Below, in pieces: positions 29,335-39,923 of a stretch of DNA of 64,000 bases. The translations under genes and the position numbers were made by a program. The notes below the pieces were generated by a model, which was not told the DNA's origin, made no database searches, and saw nothing but the letters and a program-made list of their open reading frames with translations. The stretch lies in the IMG/VR virus record IMGVR_UViG_3300025288_000013, positions 32,001-96,000 of that record. One strand, 5' to 3'. The first letter of the stretch is position 1, and each line of letters starts with the position of its first letter. The stretch comes from a virus.

Positions 29335-32300
29335 TTAATCTTTTAATAATTCATCAGCTAGATCACCAATGCCTTTTATCAACGGATTGTTTTCAAATGC
29401 TTTAACGATTTTATCTTTCTTTTCTTTCAAATCATCAATAGCCAATTTTATCTTTTCTTTAGCTGTTGGGTCTTCTTCACCAGCCAATTCTTTCTTTAAA
29501 TCTTCTATTTCTTTGTCAAGTTTTAACTTATCTTCAAGATTTTTTATAACCAACTCCTCTTTTTCTATATTAGTTTTTAACTTTTCAATAGATTCTTCAT
29601 TGGTTTCATCAGCTAATTTTTGTTTAAGTTCAAGTATATCTTCTTTTGATTCTTTGATTCTTTGTTCAATTTTAACCAATTTTTCCTCACGTTTTTTAAC
29701 TGCCTCTGAATCTTCTGCCTCTGTTAATTCTTTATTTTCAAATACCATACTTGCTAATTCCTTGTATCTATCAACGTTACCAAAAATGATATCATAATTA
29801 CCAAGTTGTTCAGGTTTCACCCAAGCATATTCAGAATGTTCTTCTGACAAAACAACCTCTTCACTATTTGATAAACCAGAATAATAGTGGGAAACGCTAC
29901 CATCATTTGTGAATTCTTTTAATCGCTTCACATCGCTAAATGTTAGCCCAGATTCCTCATTTGCCTCACGAATAGCAGCTTCTTCAGTTGTTTCACCGTC
30001 TTCAACTTTACCACCAGCTAAACCCCATTGGTTCGGTGCAACTTCTTCATCAACTGTTCTTTTTAATAACAAAAGTTCGCCCTTATCATTATAAATGACC
30101 ATATCAGCATAAGTTTTTATCTCTCCAACACCATTTTCATTTTCAACTAATTTCTTTAATATACCACTTATTTTTGTTTGACACGATTCAGTTAATTTAC
30201 CAAATTTGGTTGACGAACCCTCTTTCATTTCTATTAACGCATCATATACTTCGTTAACATCTTCGTTTTCTGATAATTCTGATATGAGTTGTAAATCTTC
30301 ATCGTCTAATTGATTAACAATTTCAATTTCTGATACAATTTCTGTTGGTTCAACGATTTCGTTTTCTACCAATGGCGTCTTAAAAATCACGCCAGTCATT
30401 GTGTCGTAATCCCATATACCAATAAAGTTACCATCTTGGTCTTTAAACCAATCTTGGTCACCTCTTGATTCTATGCTACCATCACCAACATAAGATAAAC
30501 CTTGTGAAAATGAATTAAAGTTATCATATTTGTCACCACCAAGTTTTGATATGTCTTTAAATGATTCAGTCAATTTTGCTGATTCTAATACCTTATGTTT
30601 TTTTAATAATTCAATATCATCAACAGTCACAGGAAACCCAAATCCGTCACTTAATGTTTTCATAAGTTTCTTTTCATTACTTGCAGCATCAGTAACTTGT
30701 GGTATCAGTTTACCATACTGATCAAGTATTGCTTTGTCTGTGTTGGTTCCATCTTCAAACCCCCCCAAAACCTTTATAATTTTAAAGCCAATTGAATTCT
30801 TAAGATCACCATCACTTTCAGTTAATTTTGCTGATTCTGTTAGTTCAACAATAACTTCAACATCTTCTTTATCATCATAAATTGATAGAGTTTTGTTTTC
30901 AACATCAAAATCCAATTCAAAATCGCCAAAGTCTGATCGCCATGATTCTTTCGTACCATATTTTTTGAATAACGATTTTATACCATCAATATCTTTTTTC
31001 CCAAAATGTAATCTTGAATTATCATCTTCAATTGATGAATTTTTTTCTATATGTTTTATAATTTTATCAATTGGTGTTGATTCACTTTCAGTTAATTTTG
31101 ATTCAACAAATCTCAAATCTGAAGATGGCACATTAAGTTTGTTTTCATTTTCTATTTCTAGTTCATTTTCAGTTAACTTGTTTATTGGTGTTACAGAATA
31201 TTTGTTTTCATCTATGGCAAATACGTCATAATCTTTACCATCAACTCCTAATTGTACACCTGCACTACCGTTTATTGGTGTCCCCAATATCATTGATAAT
31301 TCAGAACCACTAAACATTTTTTTGACCTTATCTTTATCAACAACAATTTCTTTACTTTCAGTTAACTTTTTTGGTTTAAAATGAATTGGGTGTGCCTTTT
31401 CCTTAGTATTTTTATCAATTATCCAATTATCTTTAGTTATTTCACCGATTTCAAACGGTTCACCAAGAACTGTACCAACATCACCAACTTTTAAACCACG
31501 TCCTTTGATATTGGTTTCTCTTTGGTGATTATCAGCATAGCCCTCATTCAAAACCGTTAAATAATCAAATGCTATTGTTTCTACACCAAGAAATTTTCCA
31601 TTTTTGTCAAACACAGACACATCAACATCATAATCGTTTTGACCAGTTTTATCAAGTCTATCAACAATACCATAATAATCTGGATATTTTTTATCACCTA
31701 TAAGAATTTTAACTTTGTCATTAACTTTTGGTAATACTGCTTCAGTTAGTTTATCTACACCGTTCACTTCAACATCACCAATTTTATAAGTACCATTTTC
31801 TTTCAGTGCTTTTATAATTTTGTTGCTTTCAACAAGCATAACAAATTTACCTTTTTGTATTTTGGCTGCTTCCGTTAGTCCAACCACTTCAACCACTTCA
31901 GATATAGTCATTTCATTTTCATTATCTAAGTTTGATAAAATCTGTGCAACAGTTGAATCATTGCTCATTTCTAAATGTTGATAAATGTGATCTCTGAATT
32001 CTGGTTTGTATTCGAAATCACCATCATTATATATGATGTTGTGTAAAATTCCTATTTGATTTTCATCAAGTACATTGTACACCAAATTTTTTATGTCTGT
32101 TGGATCGATCCCATCATTTTCTTTCAGTTTGTATTGTTCAGACATTTTTACCATACCATCAACAAAATGGTCAACTGCTTCGTCATTTTTTATATTTGTT
32201 TTATCAATTTGTATACCATCCTCATTTATAGAAAACCCATCAAACATATAACAACAACTTGCTATGTGTTTACAAACATCATTTATATAACTGTTAAGAT

Positions 32301-32529
32301 TGGCTTCATCGAGATTGATTTCTTTTCCACCAGCCTGTTCGTTAATTTTAACTATCATTTCTGGTGTCAAGTCTTGACATTTAACAAGATGATCAACCTT
32401 TGATTCATCAACATCTCTTATGGTTTCTTTGTCCAAATAATATTTAGCAACACCATTGTTAGCAAAATTTTCTTCTACTATTGATTTACCAAATGATTCC
32501 AATAATTTTACAGTTATCTTTTTGTTCAT
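29335..32529 (-). CDS. large acidic protein with a NUDIX hydrolase domain and repeated (K)LTE motifs; putative internal head polyprotein
   Basis: Nudix box GGKVEDGETTEEAAIREANEESG; about ten LTE(S/A/N) motifs; late box at 32551-32558. Confidence 0.7.
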   Translation of the reverse strand: MNKKITVKLLESFGKSIVEENFANNGVAKYYLDKETIRDVDESKVDHLVKCQDLTPEMIVKINEQAGGKEINLDEANLNSYINDVCKHIASCCYMFDGFSINEDGIQIDKTNIKNDEAVDHFVDGMVKMSEQYKLKENDGIDPTDIKNLVYNVLDENQIGILHNIIYNDGDFEYKPEFRDHIYQHLEMSNDSTVAQILSNLDNENEMTISEVVEVVGLTEAAKIQKGKFVMLVESNKIIKALKENGTYKIGDVEVNGVDKLTEAVLPKVNDKVKILIGDKKYPDYYGIVDRLDKTGQNDYDVDVSVFDKNGKFLGVETIAFDYLTVLNEGYADNHQRETNIKGRGLKVGDVGTVLGEPFEIGEITKDNWIIDKNTKEKAHPIHFKPKKLTESKEIVVDKDKVKKMFSGSELSMILGTPINGSAGVQLGVDGKDYDVFAIDENKYSVTPINKLTENELEIENENKLNVPSSDLRFVESKLTESESTPIDKIIKHIEKNSSIEDDNSRLHFGKKDIDGIKSLFKKYGTKESWRSDFGDFELDFDVENKTLSIYDDKEDVEVIVELTESAKLTESDGDLKNSIGFKIIKVLGGFEDGTNTDKAILDQYGKLIPQVTDAASNEKKLMKTLSDGFGFPVTVDDIELLKKHKVLESAKLTESFKDISKLGGDKYDNFNSFSQGLSYVGDGSIESRGDQDWFKDQDGNFIGIWDYDTMTGVIFKTPLVENEIVEPTEIVSEIEIVNQLDDEDLQLISELSENEDVNEVYDALIEMKEGSSTKFGKLTESCQTKISGILKKLVENENGVGEIKTYADMVIYNDKGELLLLKRTVDEEVAPNQWGLAGGKVEDGETTEEAAIREANEESGLTFSDVKRLKEFTNDGSVSHYYSGLSNSEEVVLSEEHSEYAWVKPEQLGNYDIIFGNVDRYKELASMVFENKELTEAEDSEAVKKREEKLVKIEQRIKESKEDILELKQKLADETNEESIEKLKTNIEKEELVIKNLEDKLKLDKEIEDLKKELAGEEDPTAKEKIKLAIDDLKEKKDKIVKAFENNPLIKGIGDLADELLKD

Positions 32530-32550
32530 GTCTATATGATTTTCTTTATG

Positions 32551-33489
32551 TTATTTATTGTTGTCCTCTTCAACTTCATCAAATTCTCCATCATCTATAT
32601 CTTGTTTCATTTTCCTCAACTCTTTCATCAATTCTTTTCTACTTGATGTGCTTATTATTGTACCATCATCGATTTCATCAAATTTTTCTTCACTTTTTAT
32701 CTCCTTTTGTCTTTCTTTTACTCTTTTGAAATCATCCGTTATTTCCTTTATGAGTATTGATTGATATTTATTAACGTCTAACACTATTCTTTGTATTGTT
32801 GCTAATGCCTCTATATCTTTTGTTGTTGATGAACCTATATAAATTTTTTTTGATATATCATGTATGGCTTTTTTACTAACATCTATTTGAAAAATCAAAG
32901 TAGATAAACTATTTTCTTCAAGTTGCATCTTGAATTTTATATAATCATTTTTTTCTATAAACTCACTACCTAAATAATAATCTGCTATGTTCATCAATAA
33001 ACCTTTTGCTATTGTTGCACATCTTGTAGCTTTTTCCTCAAATTCATCCTCAAATTCTTTTATCTGTTGCTCAAGGTCTTCATCCTCAAACTCTCCAAGT
33101 TCACCCATATCAATTTTAGCCAAACTTTCAAGTGTCATGGTTTGTCTTGATTCAACCGCTTCAGCTTTCTTTTTGATCTCCTCTAAGTCACTTTTCCCCA
33201 TTGATTTTGTGTATTTTTCCATTGTTTTTATTGTGTGGAAAAATGCTTCGTCAATGGTTTTACCGTTTTCACTTATTATTGGTAATTTTATGAGTTGTAT
33301 TGTTTTGCCTCTAAGTGATTTAAATCTTATAGCTTCATCTTTTGTAGAAAAAATGATTCTATATAGTGTTTTTTTATCATCTTTTATAGAAATGTTAAAG
33401 TATTCTTGTTTTGGTAATCTGTATGGATCAGTAACAGAAAGATTTCCTCTTTCAACTTCTATTTGTTCATGATTACCTGCTATTCTCAT
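32551..33489 (-). CDS. possible terminase small subunit (T4 gp16-like C-terminal half)
   Basis: KDIEALATIQRIVLDVNK and STSSRKELMKELRK weakly resemble gp16 motifs. Confidence 0.4.
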   Translation of the reverse strand: MRIAGNHEQIEVERGNLSVTDPYRLPKQEYFNISIKDDKKTLYRIIFSTKDEAIRFKSLRGKTIQLIKLPIISENGKTIDEAFFHTIKTMEKYTKSMGKSDLEEIKKKAEAVESRQTMTLESLAKIDMGELGEFEDEDLEQQIKEFEDEFEEKATRCATIAKGLLMNIADYYLGSEFIEKNDYIKFKMQLEENSLSTLIFQIDVSKKAIHDISKKIYIGSSTTKDIEALATIQRIVLDVNKYQSILIKEITDDFKRVKERQKEIKSEEKFDEIDDGTIISTSSRKELMKELRKMKQDIDDGEFDEVEEDNNK

Positions 33490-34055
33490 TAGTAATTTAT
33501 TTTAGGATTTTCACCTTTTGGAAATTCGTTATGATCCAATGATGTTATAATAGTTCCCATTTGTGAATCGCTTGGATTATATTGTCTTCTATATTTACTG
33601 AACTTCTTTTTCATGTTTGTCATAGATTCTATACCATCAAGTCTGAACAATCTCCATCGGTTTCTTTTATCTGATACAGATACAGATTTTCTTCTTGTGA
33701 ATCTTGTTTTTATTTGTTCATCTTTACTGCTATCCATAATAACAAACGCTCTTATGTAATATCTGTCATTGTGTAAAACTTTATTACCCATTCTATAGCC
33801 TCTACCAATCGCATATGGTTCTAATAGTCTATGACCTTTACCACCATCCCTATCCTCATAATAAACTGATATGTATTCTCTGTTCTTTATTGCATTTGAT
33901 ATTTCATTTATACCAACATTTGTTCTTTCTACTCTTGGTACACCACGTTCTGTTAAAGGTATATATATGGATTTTATGAGTTCATATTCTTCTTCTGATA
34001 AATCTATGTCATTTACGCCAAAGTGGAAGTTGAATGGTTTGTATATCTTAAACAT
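33489..34055 (-). CDS. stand-alone WYL-domain protein (ATG 34055 preferred, since the promoter overlaps TTG 34073)
   Basis: NAIKNREYISVYY...RLLEPYAIG...YIRAF...WRLFRLDGIESM. Confidence 0.75.
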   Translation of the reverse strand: MFKIYKPFNFHFGVNDIDLSEEEYELIKSIYIPLTERGVPRVERTNVGINEISNAIKNREYISVYYEDRDGGKGHRLLEPYAIGRGYRMGNKVLHNDRYYIRAFVIMDSSKDEQIKTRFTRRKSVSVSDKRNRWRLFRLDGIESMTNMKKKFSKYRRQYNPSDSQMGTIITSLDHNEFPKGENPKINY

Positions 34056-34065
34056 ATTATTAAAA

Positions 34066-34093
34066 TAAACCAACAGATTTGGTTATTGTTACA
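34066..34093 (-). promoter_or_regulatory. ECF-type promoter
   Basis: TGTAACAA taaccaaatctgttg GTTTAT. Confidence 0.75.
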
Positions 34094-34096
34094 TAA

Positions 34097-34783
34097 CTAT
34101 TTTAATAATATGTTTGGTACAACTGAAGATTGTTTTTTGAAAGTTATGGTTGTCATGAATCCAATTCTGTGTGATTGATCAAGAAACCCATATTGATATT
34201 GGAACATATTATTTTTCTTATCCATGTATCCTATACTTCCACCAATATTAAATGCATCCATTTTGTCACCAACAAATCCACCAACCAACAATTTCCTTTT
34301 TGTTGGATCAATTGTTACAACTCTGTCTTCTCTAAGATTTTTTAAATAAAACTTTCTATCAGTTATTCTATTCATTGTTACTGAATCATTTATTATAGCC
34401 TCATAATCGTTTTCACCAATTATTGTGTCAGAATAATACTTTACATAAAAATAATCAGAATAAACTGCTAATAATCTTCTTTCACCTATCATACCAACAA
34501 GTGAATCAACTGATATTCCTTTTAGATATTCATTGAACAATGCTGATGTATCGATTTTAGCTTTATCATAAAATGTATCAATTTTTGTCTTCCAATCAGT
34601 TTTAACTATGGTAATCGGTTCTAATGGTTTCTCTCTTATGTGTTCAACATGTGTTGAATCGGCTGGTTTTATAACATCTATTGTGACGTTTCCATTATTT
34701 TTATCACCACAACCTCTTGTTAGATACAAAATAATACAAAGACAAAACAAAGCCATTATAATTATGTTTTTTATGTCTTTCAT
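34097..34783 (-). CDS. membrane-anchored lysis protein (spanin-like)
   Basis: N-terminal TM/lipobox-like LTRGC; C-terminal beta strands; adjacent to the endolysin. Confidence 0.45.
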   Translation of the reverse strand: MKDIKNIIIMALFCLCIILYLTRGCGDKNNGNVTIDVIKPADSTHVEHIREKPLEPITIVKTDWKTKIDTFYDKAKIDTSALFNEYLKGISVDSLVGMIGERRLLAVYSDYFYVKYYSDTIIGENDYEAIINDSVTMNRITDRKFYLKNLREDRVVTIDPTKRKLLVGGFVGDKMDAFNIGGSIGYMDKKNNMFQYQYGFLDQSHRIGFMTTITFKKQSSVVPNILLK

Positions 34784-35325
34784 TATCCTATGGTTTTTAC
34801 ATCCATTTCAATCCAACCACATTCAGATTTCAAAATCAAATCCCTAATTTTTGGGTAGACTATTTTATATGCATCAGCTGATTTTCCAATAAAATCTTTG
34901 TTAACTTCTGATGTCAATCCAACCAATACACAAGCATCTGTGTTCTTACTTGTGTTGCCTATATGAATTAGCACATACTGAAATGACATGTTCGGGTAGA
35001 CCAACTTCCAATTTGGTTCATTGTATATACATAACATACCTTTATGCCAATCAGCACCCATAAAGTCTTTAGAAGTTTTGTCGTTGAATTTCTTTTTATA
35101 ATTATTGTGGTATCCACCCTCTGATCTAAGAGCGATTTTGACTTTTCCGTCTGGTATACGTGTTTCACCAGCTTTCTTAACTTCTCTGCCCTCATCTTCT
35201 ATGGTGAAAGCTTCAAAATTTTTTTTTACATATATCATCCCACTGGAAAATGCTGGGTTGCTATCAAATCTTAATAGTGTTACATCTGAATTTATCATTG
35301 TCATTACGTTTTGGTTAATGTTCAA
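34783..35325 (-). CDS. DUF5675 family putative endolysin
   Basis: FTIED...GETRIPDG...VLIHIGNTSKNTDACVLVG. Confidence 0.75.
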   Translation of the reverse strand: MNINQNVMTMINSDVTLLRFDSNPAFSSGMIYVKKNFEAFTIEDEGREVKKAGETRIPDGKVKIALRSEGGYHNNYKKKFNDKTSKDFMGADWHKGMLCIYNEPNWKLVYPNMSFQYVLIHIGNTSKNTDACVLVGLTSEVNKDFIGKSADAYKIVYPKIRDLILKSECGWIEMDVKTIG

Positions 35326-35330
35326 ATTAT

Positions 35331-35615
35331 TTATCTTTCTGATCTATCAAAATCTTCTTCTTTGTTATTCAATTTTGTGTCTTTATCTTTTAATATCTTC
35401 TTGGTTGTCACTGATTCAATTGTAGAAACCGCCATGAGTGATCCAACAAATGACAACAAATAAAACAAAACTGTTAGATTATCAACATGTTCAACCAACA
35501 TGCTATAGAACACAACAATTGTTATCAAACACATTGTCCATATAGCCATGAATCTTTTTGAACTTTCCTTTGATGATCCCTCTATTATTTTCTTTATATA
35601 ATTTATGAATTCCAT
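35331..35615 (-). CDS. holin-like membrane protein
   Basis: SSKRF followed by two TM helices and a charged tail; immediately upstream of the lysin. Confidence 0.65.
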   Translation of the reverse strand: MEFINYIKKIIEGSSKESSKRFMAIWTMCLITIVVFYSMLVEHVDNLTVLFYLLSFVGSLMAVSTIESVTTKKILKDKDTKLNNKEEDFDRSER

Positions 35616-36305
35616 TTATTCGTATTTAATGTTTCTAAAATAACCATTCATTTCTTCAAAGCTTCTAATACCATCAGTTGTTGCAAGTTCAACAGCCATA
35701 GCAAAAATTTCCATGACTGCTATGGTTTTGTGGTAATTAGTTTTGTGATAAGTACCAGACAAAACCATATTTATTCTGTTATACACAGCTTTCAGAGTGT
35801 CATCATGCCACTTATCAAACATTTTTAATGTGTGATAGCACTGATCATTTGACAAACCTTTTTTCCTAAATGTTTCCAAAGCTTTTCTATTACATTCTAT
35901 TGTTGTTTTTGTAACCAAAGATCTCATAATATTTGCATAATCAGATTTTGAACACGTCAATGTTTTTTTGTCATTTATAATTTGTATAATTTGCTCACCT
36001 ATTTCTGTTAATTTTATTTTTATGAAATCTTTGAAAATTTGCGTTTTGGCTTCATCATTTTCAAAAGTTATTTTATGTATGTCGTCAGCAAGAATTTTGT
36101 TGATTGTTGTAAATAAATCGTGATTTTTTAATTGTTCCCTGGTACCCATTATACCAATCAATAACATAAAGTTTATTTTGTCCTTAAAAATATAAGATAA
36201 ACTTACAAGTACTAATAATATTAATGTTACTATTGGTGACAAACCTTTTACTAATGTTTCTATTAACTTCTCCATTCTATTGTGATATTTAAAGTTCCTT
36301 AACAA
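35616..36305 (-). CDS. membrane-anchored hypothetical protein
   Basis: N-terminal TM helix. Confidence 0.55.
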   Translation of the reverse strand: MLRNFKYHNRMEKLIETLVKGLSPIVTLILLVLVSLSYIFKDKINFMLLIGIMGTREQLKNHDLFTTINKILADDIHKITFENDEAKTQIFKDFIKIKLTEIGEQIIQIINDKKTLTCSKSDYANIMRSLVTKTTIECNRKALETFRKKGLSNDQCYHTLKMFDKWHDDTLKAVYNRINMVLSGTYHKTNYHKTIAVMEIFAMAVELATTDGIRSFEEMNGYFRNIKYE

Positions 36306-37710
36306 TTACATTAAGGTCAACAGTCGCATTTGTTGCATCTGTTGCGTTTCTTATATGTATTTCTATAAAATCATCCAGTGTGTGATCTATCACCCCCATT
36401 ATTGATATTGGGGTTGCCTTACCTACACCATCAGTAGTAACCTTTAATTTTGATGACGGAATAATGCCACTTATTTTGCTATCATATATACCAAATTCAA
36501 GGGTTTTATTGTTTCCAGCTGTAAAACTAATCGTACAATAAACCGCCAATTTTCGTTTTATGGCTGTTTTACACATTAAGTTATTTGATGAATGTGCGTA
36601 TTTAAACAAAAAACTACCGGCAATTGTAGCACCGGCAATTTTTACAAATGATATTGTATCTGGTATAACTGTGGCAACAACGTTGCCAACCATATACATT
36701 GTGCCTATCACACTTGTATTGTCTATTGGACGACAATTGACAAATAATGATTTATCTGATGTGTGATCTATGCCTTGCAGATAAATTCCATTACCGCTAA
36801 AATGAATATCATTTAGTATATAACTTTCAGAACCAATAACAGTATCAACATTGAAATCTATGCCAATTGCTGTTTCTGTTGGTGCAAATGCTGAATCTGT
36901 TACTCTAAATCTTCTATTGATTGTGGTTGTGGCAAGTGTTTTTAAAATTGTTGTGTTTGATGAAAGGAATAATGCTGTAAAAAATGATATTGTGTTACAA
37001 AACCCATCAAAAATTAACCCACCACTGTTTATAAATGTTCCATTGCTGAAGATAAAATCAGAAAAATTTTTTATGACACCAATATTGGGACAATTAACAA
37101 AACTTACGCCTCTCCATATCATGATGGCATTACTTCCGCCAGCACCATCTACACAATTTATGTCAAAAACTTTTGTGATATCTTTTATGGTTATATCTTG
37201 TATTGTCAGATCTTTTGTTGATGTTATTATGGCGAAATCAGCACCTAAACCAGTTGATGTTATAGAATTACTACCGCCAGCTGTTCCATGAATGACATTG
37301 TTTATTCCACAAACTATTCTATCACCACCCAAATCTACTGCTTTTGTTACAAAATATGTGATATTGTCAACAAGTGTTATAACACCACCAACCGCTTCTG
37401 GGAAATCAAAATTATTATTTATCCACACTATGTTTTCTGGAGCATTTCCTGTATTTTGTAATGTTATTGTATTAATACCGTCTGTGTATTTATAAACGTG
37501 TTGCGTTGTGTTATACCACAACGCACCATCAACCAATACTTCTGGGTCTGTTGCGTATTTCGGTATAACTGACCCTGTTGCTGTTTCTATATCAGAATCA
37601 ACTTGTGATTTTGTAGTTGGCTGGCTATTTGTTGTAGCATTTGGTACATTTTCTATTGATTTATTATTTACATCTAATCCGAATATACTTAATTTTCCTC
37701 TAATTTTCAT
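36289..37710 (-). CDS. tail fibre/spike protein (beta-helix-like)
   Basis: SIENVPNATTNSQPTTKSQV neck motif; ALWYNTT; beta-rich body. Confidence 0.6.
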   Translation of the reverse strand: MKIRGKLSIFGLDVNNKSIENVPNATTNSQPTTKSQVDSDIETATGSVIPKYATDPEVLVDGALWYNTTQHVYKYTDGINTITLQNTGNAPENIVWINNNFDFPEAVGGVITLVDNITYFVTKAVDLGGDRIVCGINNVIHGTAGGSNSITSTGLGADFAIITSTKDLTIQDITIKDITKVFDINCVDGAGGSNAIMIWRGVSFVNCPNIGVIKNFSDFIFSNGTFINSGGLIFDGFCNTISFFTALFLSSNTTILKTLATTTINRRFRVTDSAFAPTETAIGIDFNVDTVIGSESYILNDIHFSGNGIYLQGIDHTSDKSLFVNCRPIDNTSVIGTMYMVGNVVATVIPDTISFVKIAGATIAGSFLFKYAHSSNNLMCKTAIKRKLAVYCTISFTAGNNKTLEFGIYDSKISGIIPSSKLKVTTDGVGKATPISIMGVIDHTLDDFIEIHIRNATDATNATVDLNVIVKEL

Positions 37711-37720
37711 AACAAATTTT

Positions 37721-38902
37721 TTAAGATTTCATAACTGATATATAAACACCATCAGTTGCAGATGGATAAACAACATCAAATATAACATGTAATGTATTAA
37801 CATCAACCGCAAAAACAGCATCAGCTATAATCACCTCACTTGTTAATTTATCAACTAAATTAAACAAAAATCTCTCCTTTGCCGTTAAATTTAAATTGTG
37901 TATAACTATATATCTTTGTTCAGTACCAATTGGCACATAAGTCCCATCAACATCAGTTGATAATATCTCTTTGAAAAATGTTGGCGGTGAACCAAGTAGT
38001 GCTTGTGCTTGTGCTAATGGTACTAAATCTTGTGCACCAATGGCGTTAACACCAATTTGTGGATTTACAAAAGGCGTAGAACCATCTGTTTGAACAGCAT
38101 TATTGACTTTTGATAAATTAACATCTTCATTTGGTATAATTAGATTTCTTAACACACCTGTTGCGATTGCTGTTGTTGTAAATCCAACTTTCTTTGTTGC
38201 ATCAGCACCATCAAATACCCTGAAAACACTATTATCAAACGTATCTTTTCCGACAGGTATTTCGAAAAAATCATTTGCGACTGCCGTATTACCACTGCCT
38301 GTACCCCACGTCAAATTGGTTCTCAATCCCACCCACACATAAAACTTTATAATAACTCCGTTAGTCCATTTTATGAAAATCGTATCATATTCATTAATTG
38401 TTATTTGTGTAGAATTGTTGAATGCACTTTGTATGTTTGACTGAACAACTGTTATATCGTGTAGATGTACTTTTGAATCGAATATAACCTTTGTTATAAC
38501 ATTTGTTGGAAATGTTCCGTTGTTGTGATATTGAAGAATTTTGTTACCAACTTTTATTGAAAAAAGTGTGTTGTTTGGTATAACTGCTACATTCCACACA
38601 TTATTCCAATACAAAGCAACATTGTTAGTGTTACCAGATAAAATTCCTATCGGTGCATTACCTATTAGATATTTATCACCATTTTTTGGTGAAACTACTG
38701 TGGAAACATCGTTAATTGTACCAAGTAGATTCAATCCATCAGTAAGTTTTAATGAATCTATGTCATTTAGTTGTATGATTGTTCCATTATCGGTTTTTAT
38801 GTAACCTTTCTTATTAGAAGAATCTATAAAGAATGTCACAAATCCAGCTGGCGGAGTTGGTATAGCACTTTGACTTCTTGGTATTAATGTTAAAACTGAC
38901 AT
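37721..38902 (-). CDS. tail fibre protein
   Basis: PKNGDKYLIG...WNNVW motif; N-terminal module shared with neighbouring fibres. Confidence 0.6.
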   Translation of the reverse strand: MSVLTLIPRSQSAIPTPPAGFVTFFIDSSNKKGYIKTDNGTIIQLNDIDSLKLTDGLNLLGTINDVSTVVSPKNGDKYLIGNAPIGILSGNTNNVALYWNNVWNVAVIPNNTLFSIKVGNKILQYHNNGTFPTNVITKVIFDSKVHLHDITVVQSNIQSAFNNSTQITINEYDTIFIKWTNGVIIKFYVWVGLRTNLTWGTGSGNTAVANDFFEIPVGKDTFDNSVFRVFDGADATKKVGFTTTAIATGVLRNLIIPNEDVNLSKVNNAVQTDGSTPFVNPQIGVNAIGAQDLVPLAQAQALLGSPPTFFKEILSTDVDGTYVPIGTEQRYIVIHNLNLTAKERFLFNLVDKLTSEVIIADAVFAVDVNTLHVIFDVVYPSATDGVYISVMKS

Positions 38903-38905
38903 GTT

Positions 38906-39466
38906 TTATAAATCTAATAATTTGTAAAAAAGTTTTATTGTTATTGTTGATGATGCCGATCCACCAATTATATCTGTTGATGTTATTAAAATTTTTATAG
39001 CATGATTTTCTGTGACAATTTTTGCAAACGACATAGCGGTTTCATTAACAGCTGATTTTATTGATTTTATGGTTTTTTCTTTAAATATTTCAGCACCCAC
39101 CGTGCCAATTACCTGAACATAATTGTTTTGGATGATTATGTTATCTGTAACAATTATATCAACGCCATCTGGATCAACTGTTACAAGTGTTTTATCTTGT
39201 TCAAATATAGCAGCTTGTCCATTTACTATACCAAGATCAACTTCAGTTAGTTTTATATTGTTACCAACCAAATTAGTGTAAGTTGCCCTATCCATTATTA
39301 TTTCAACAGATAGAACGTCATTCAATTTGTTGCCTATTATTATTGAATTACCGTTTGGTTTTTTTATACCAATTTCATCATTATCAGTAGCAAACAACGT
39401 AATATCATCACCAAGTGGTGAAATTATCTGTGCTGGGTTTGTTTTCCTTAGAGTAATAGATGACAT
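38906..39466 (-). CDS. tail fibre-associated protein
   Basis: N-terminus paralogous to those of 37721-38902 and 43581-44042. Confidence 0.55.
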   Translation of the reverse strand: MSSITLRKTNPAQIISPLGDDITLFATDNDEIGIKKPNGNSIIIGNKLNDVLSVEIIMDRATYTNLVGNNIKLTEVDLGIVNGQAAIFEQDKTLVTVDPDGVDIIVTDNIIIQNNYVQVIGTVGAEIFKEKTIKSIKSAVNETAMSFAKIVTENHAIKILITSTDIIGGSASSTITIKLFYKLLDL

Positions 39467-39473
39467 AATATCT

Positions 39474-39911
39474 TTATTTTTGTATATTTATTGTTTCGCC
39501 AACAGCATCAATATACAATTTGTTGTCAATTATTTTTGCGTTTCTTAATCCAATAGAAAATAATTCGTCTTTGTTCCTCAATAATTTTGATATTGCTGAA
39601 TTAAGATCACGTTTTGTTGGTTTTATGCCTATTGTTAATAAGAACCCATCACCACTATTACAAGTTTTGAGTTTTTTACTTTTGATAACTTTTTTTATTG
39701 ATATACCGTTTTTAACTTGTTTCTCAAATTCGTCCCACCATGTGTTCACAAATACCGGTTTATCAAGAATAACTCTTATGAGTTCTATTGATATAATGAG
39801 TTTAGGATCAATTTCACCAAGTCCATTATTTATACCATTAACATATGATTCTGGGCTAACGAATTCATCAGCATAAAAATTGTCAAATATCTTTCTTCTT
39901 TCTAATTTCAT
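39474..39911 (-). CDS. peptidase M15-like fold, apparently lacking the Zn ligands
   Basis: NFYADEFV...IDPKLI...LIRVILDKPVFVNTW; no SxH...D or HxD motifs. Confidence 0.45.
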   Translation of the reverse strand: MKLERRKIFDNFYADEFVSPESYVNGINNGLGEIDPKLIISIELIRVILDKPVFVNTWWDEFEKQVKNGISIKKVIKSKKLKTCNSGDGFLLTIGIKPTKRDLNSAISKLLRNKDELFSIGLRNAKIIDNKLYIDAVGETINIQK

Positions 39912-39923
39912 TGGGTTTTGTTT

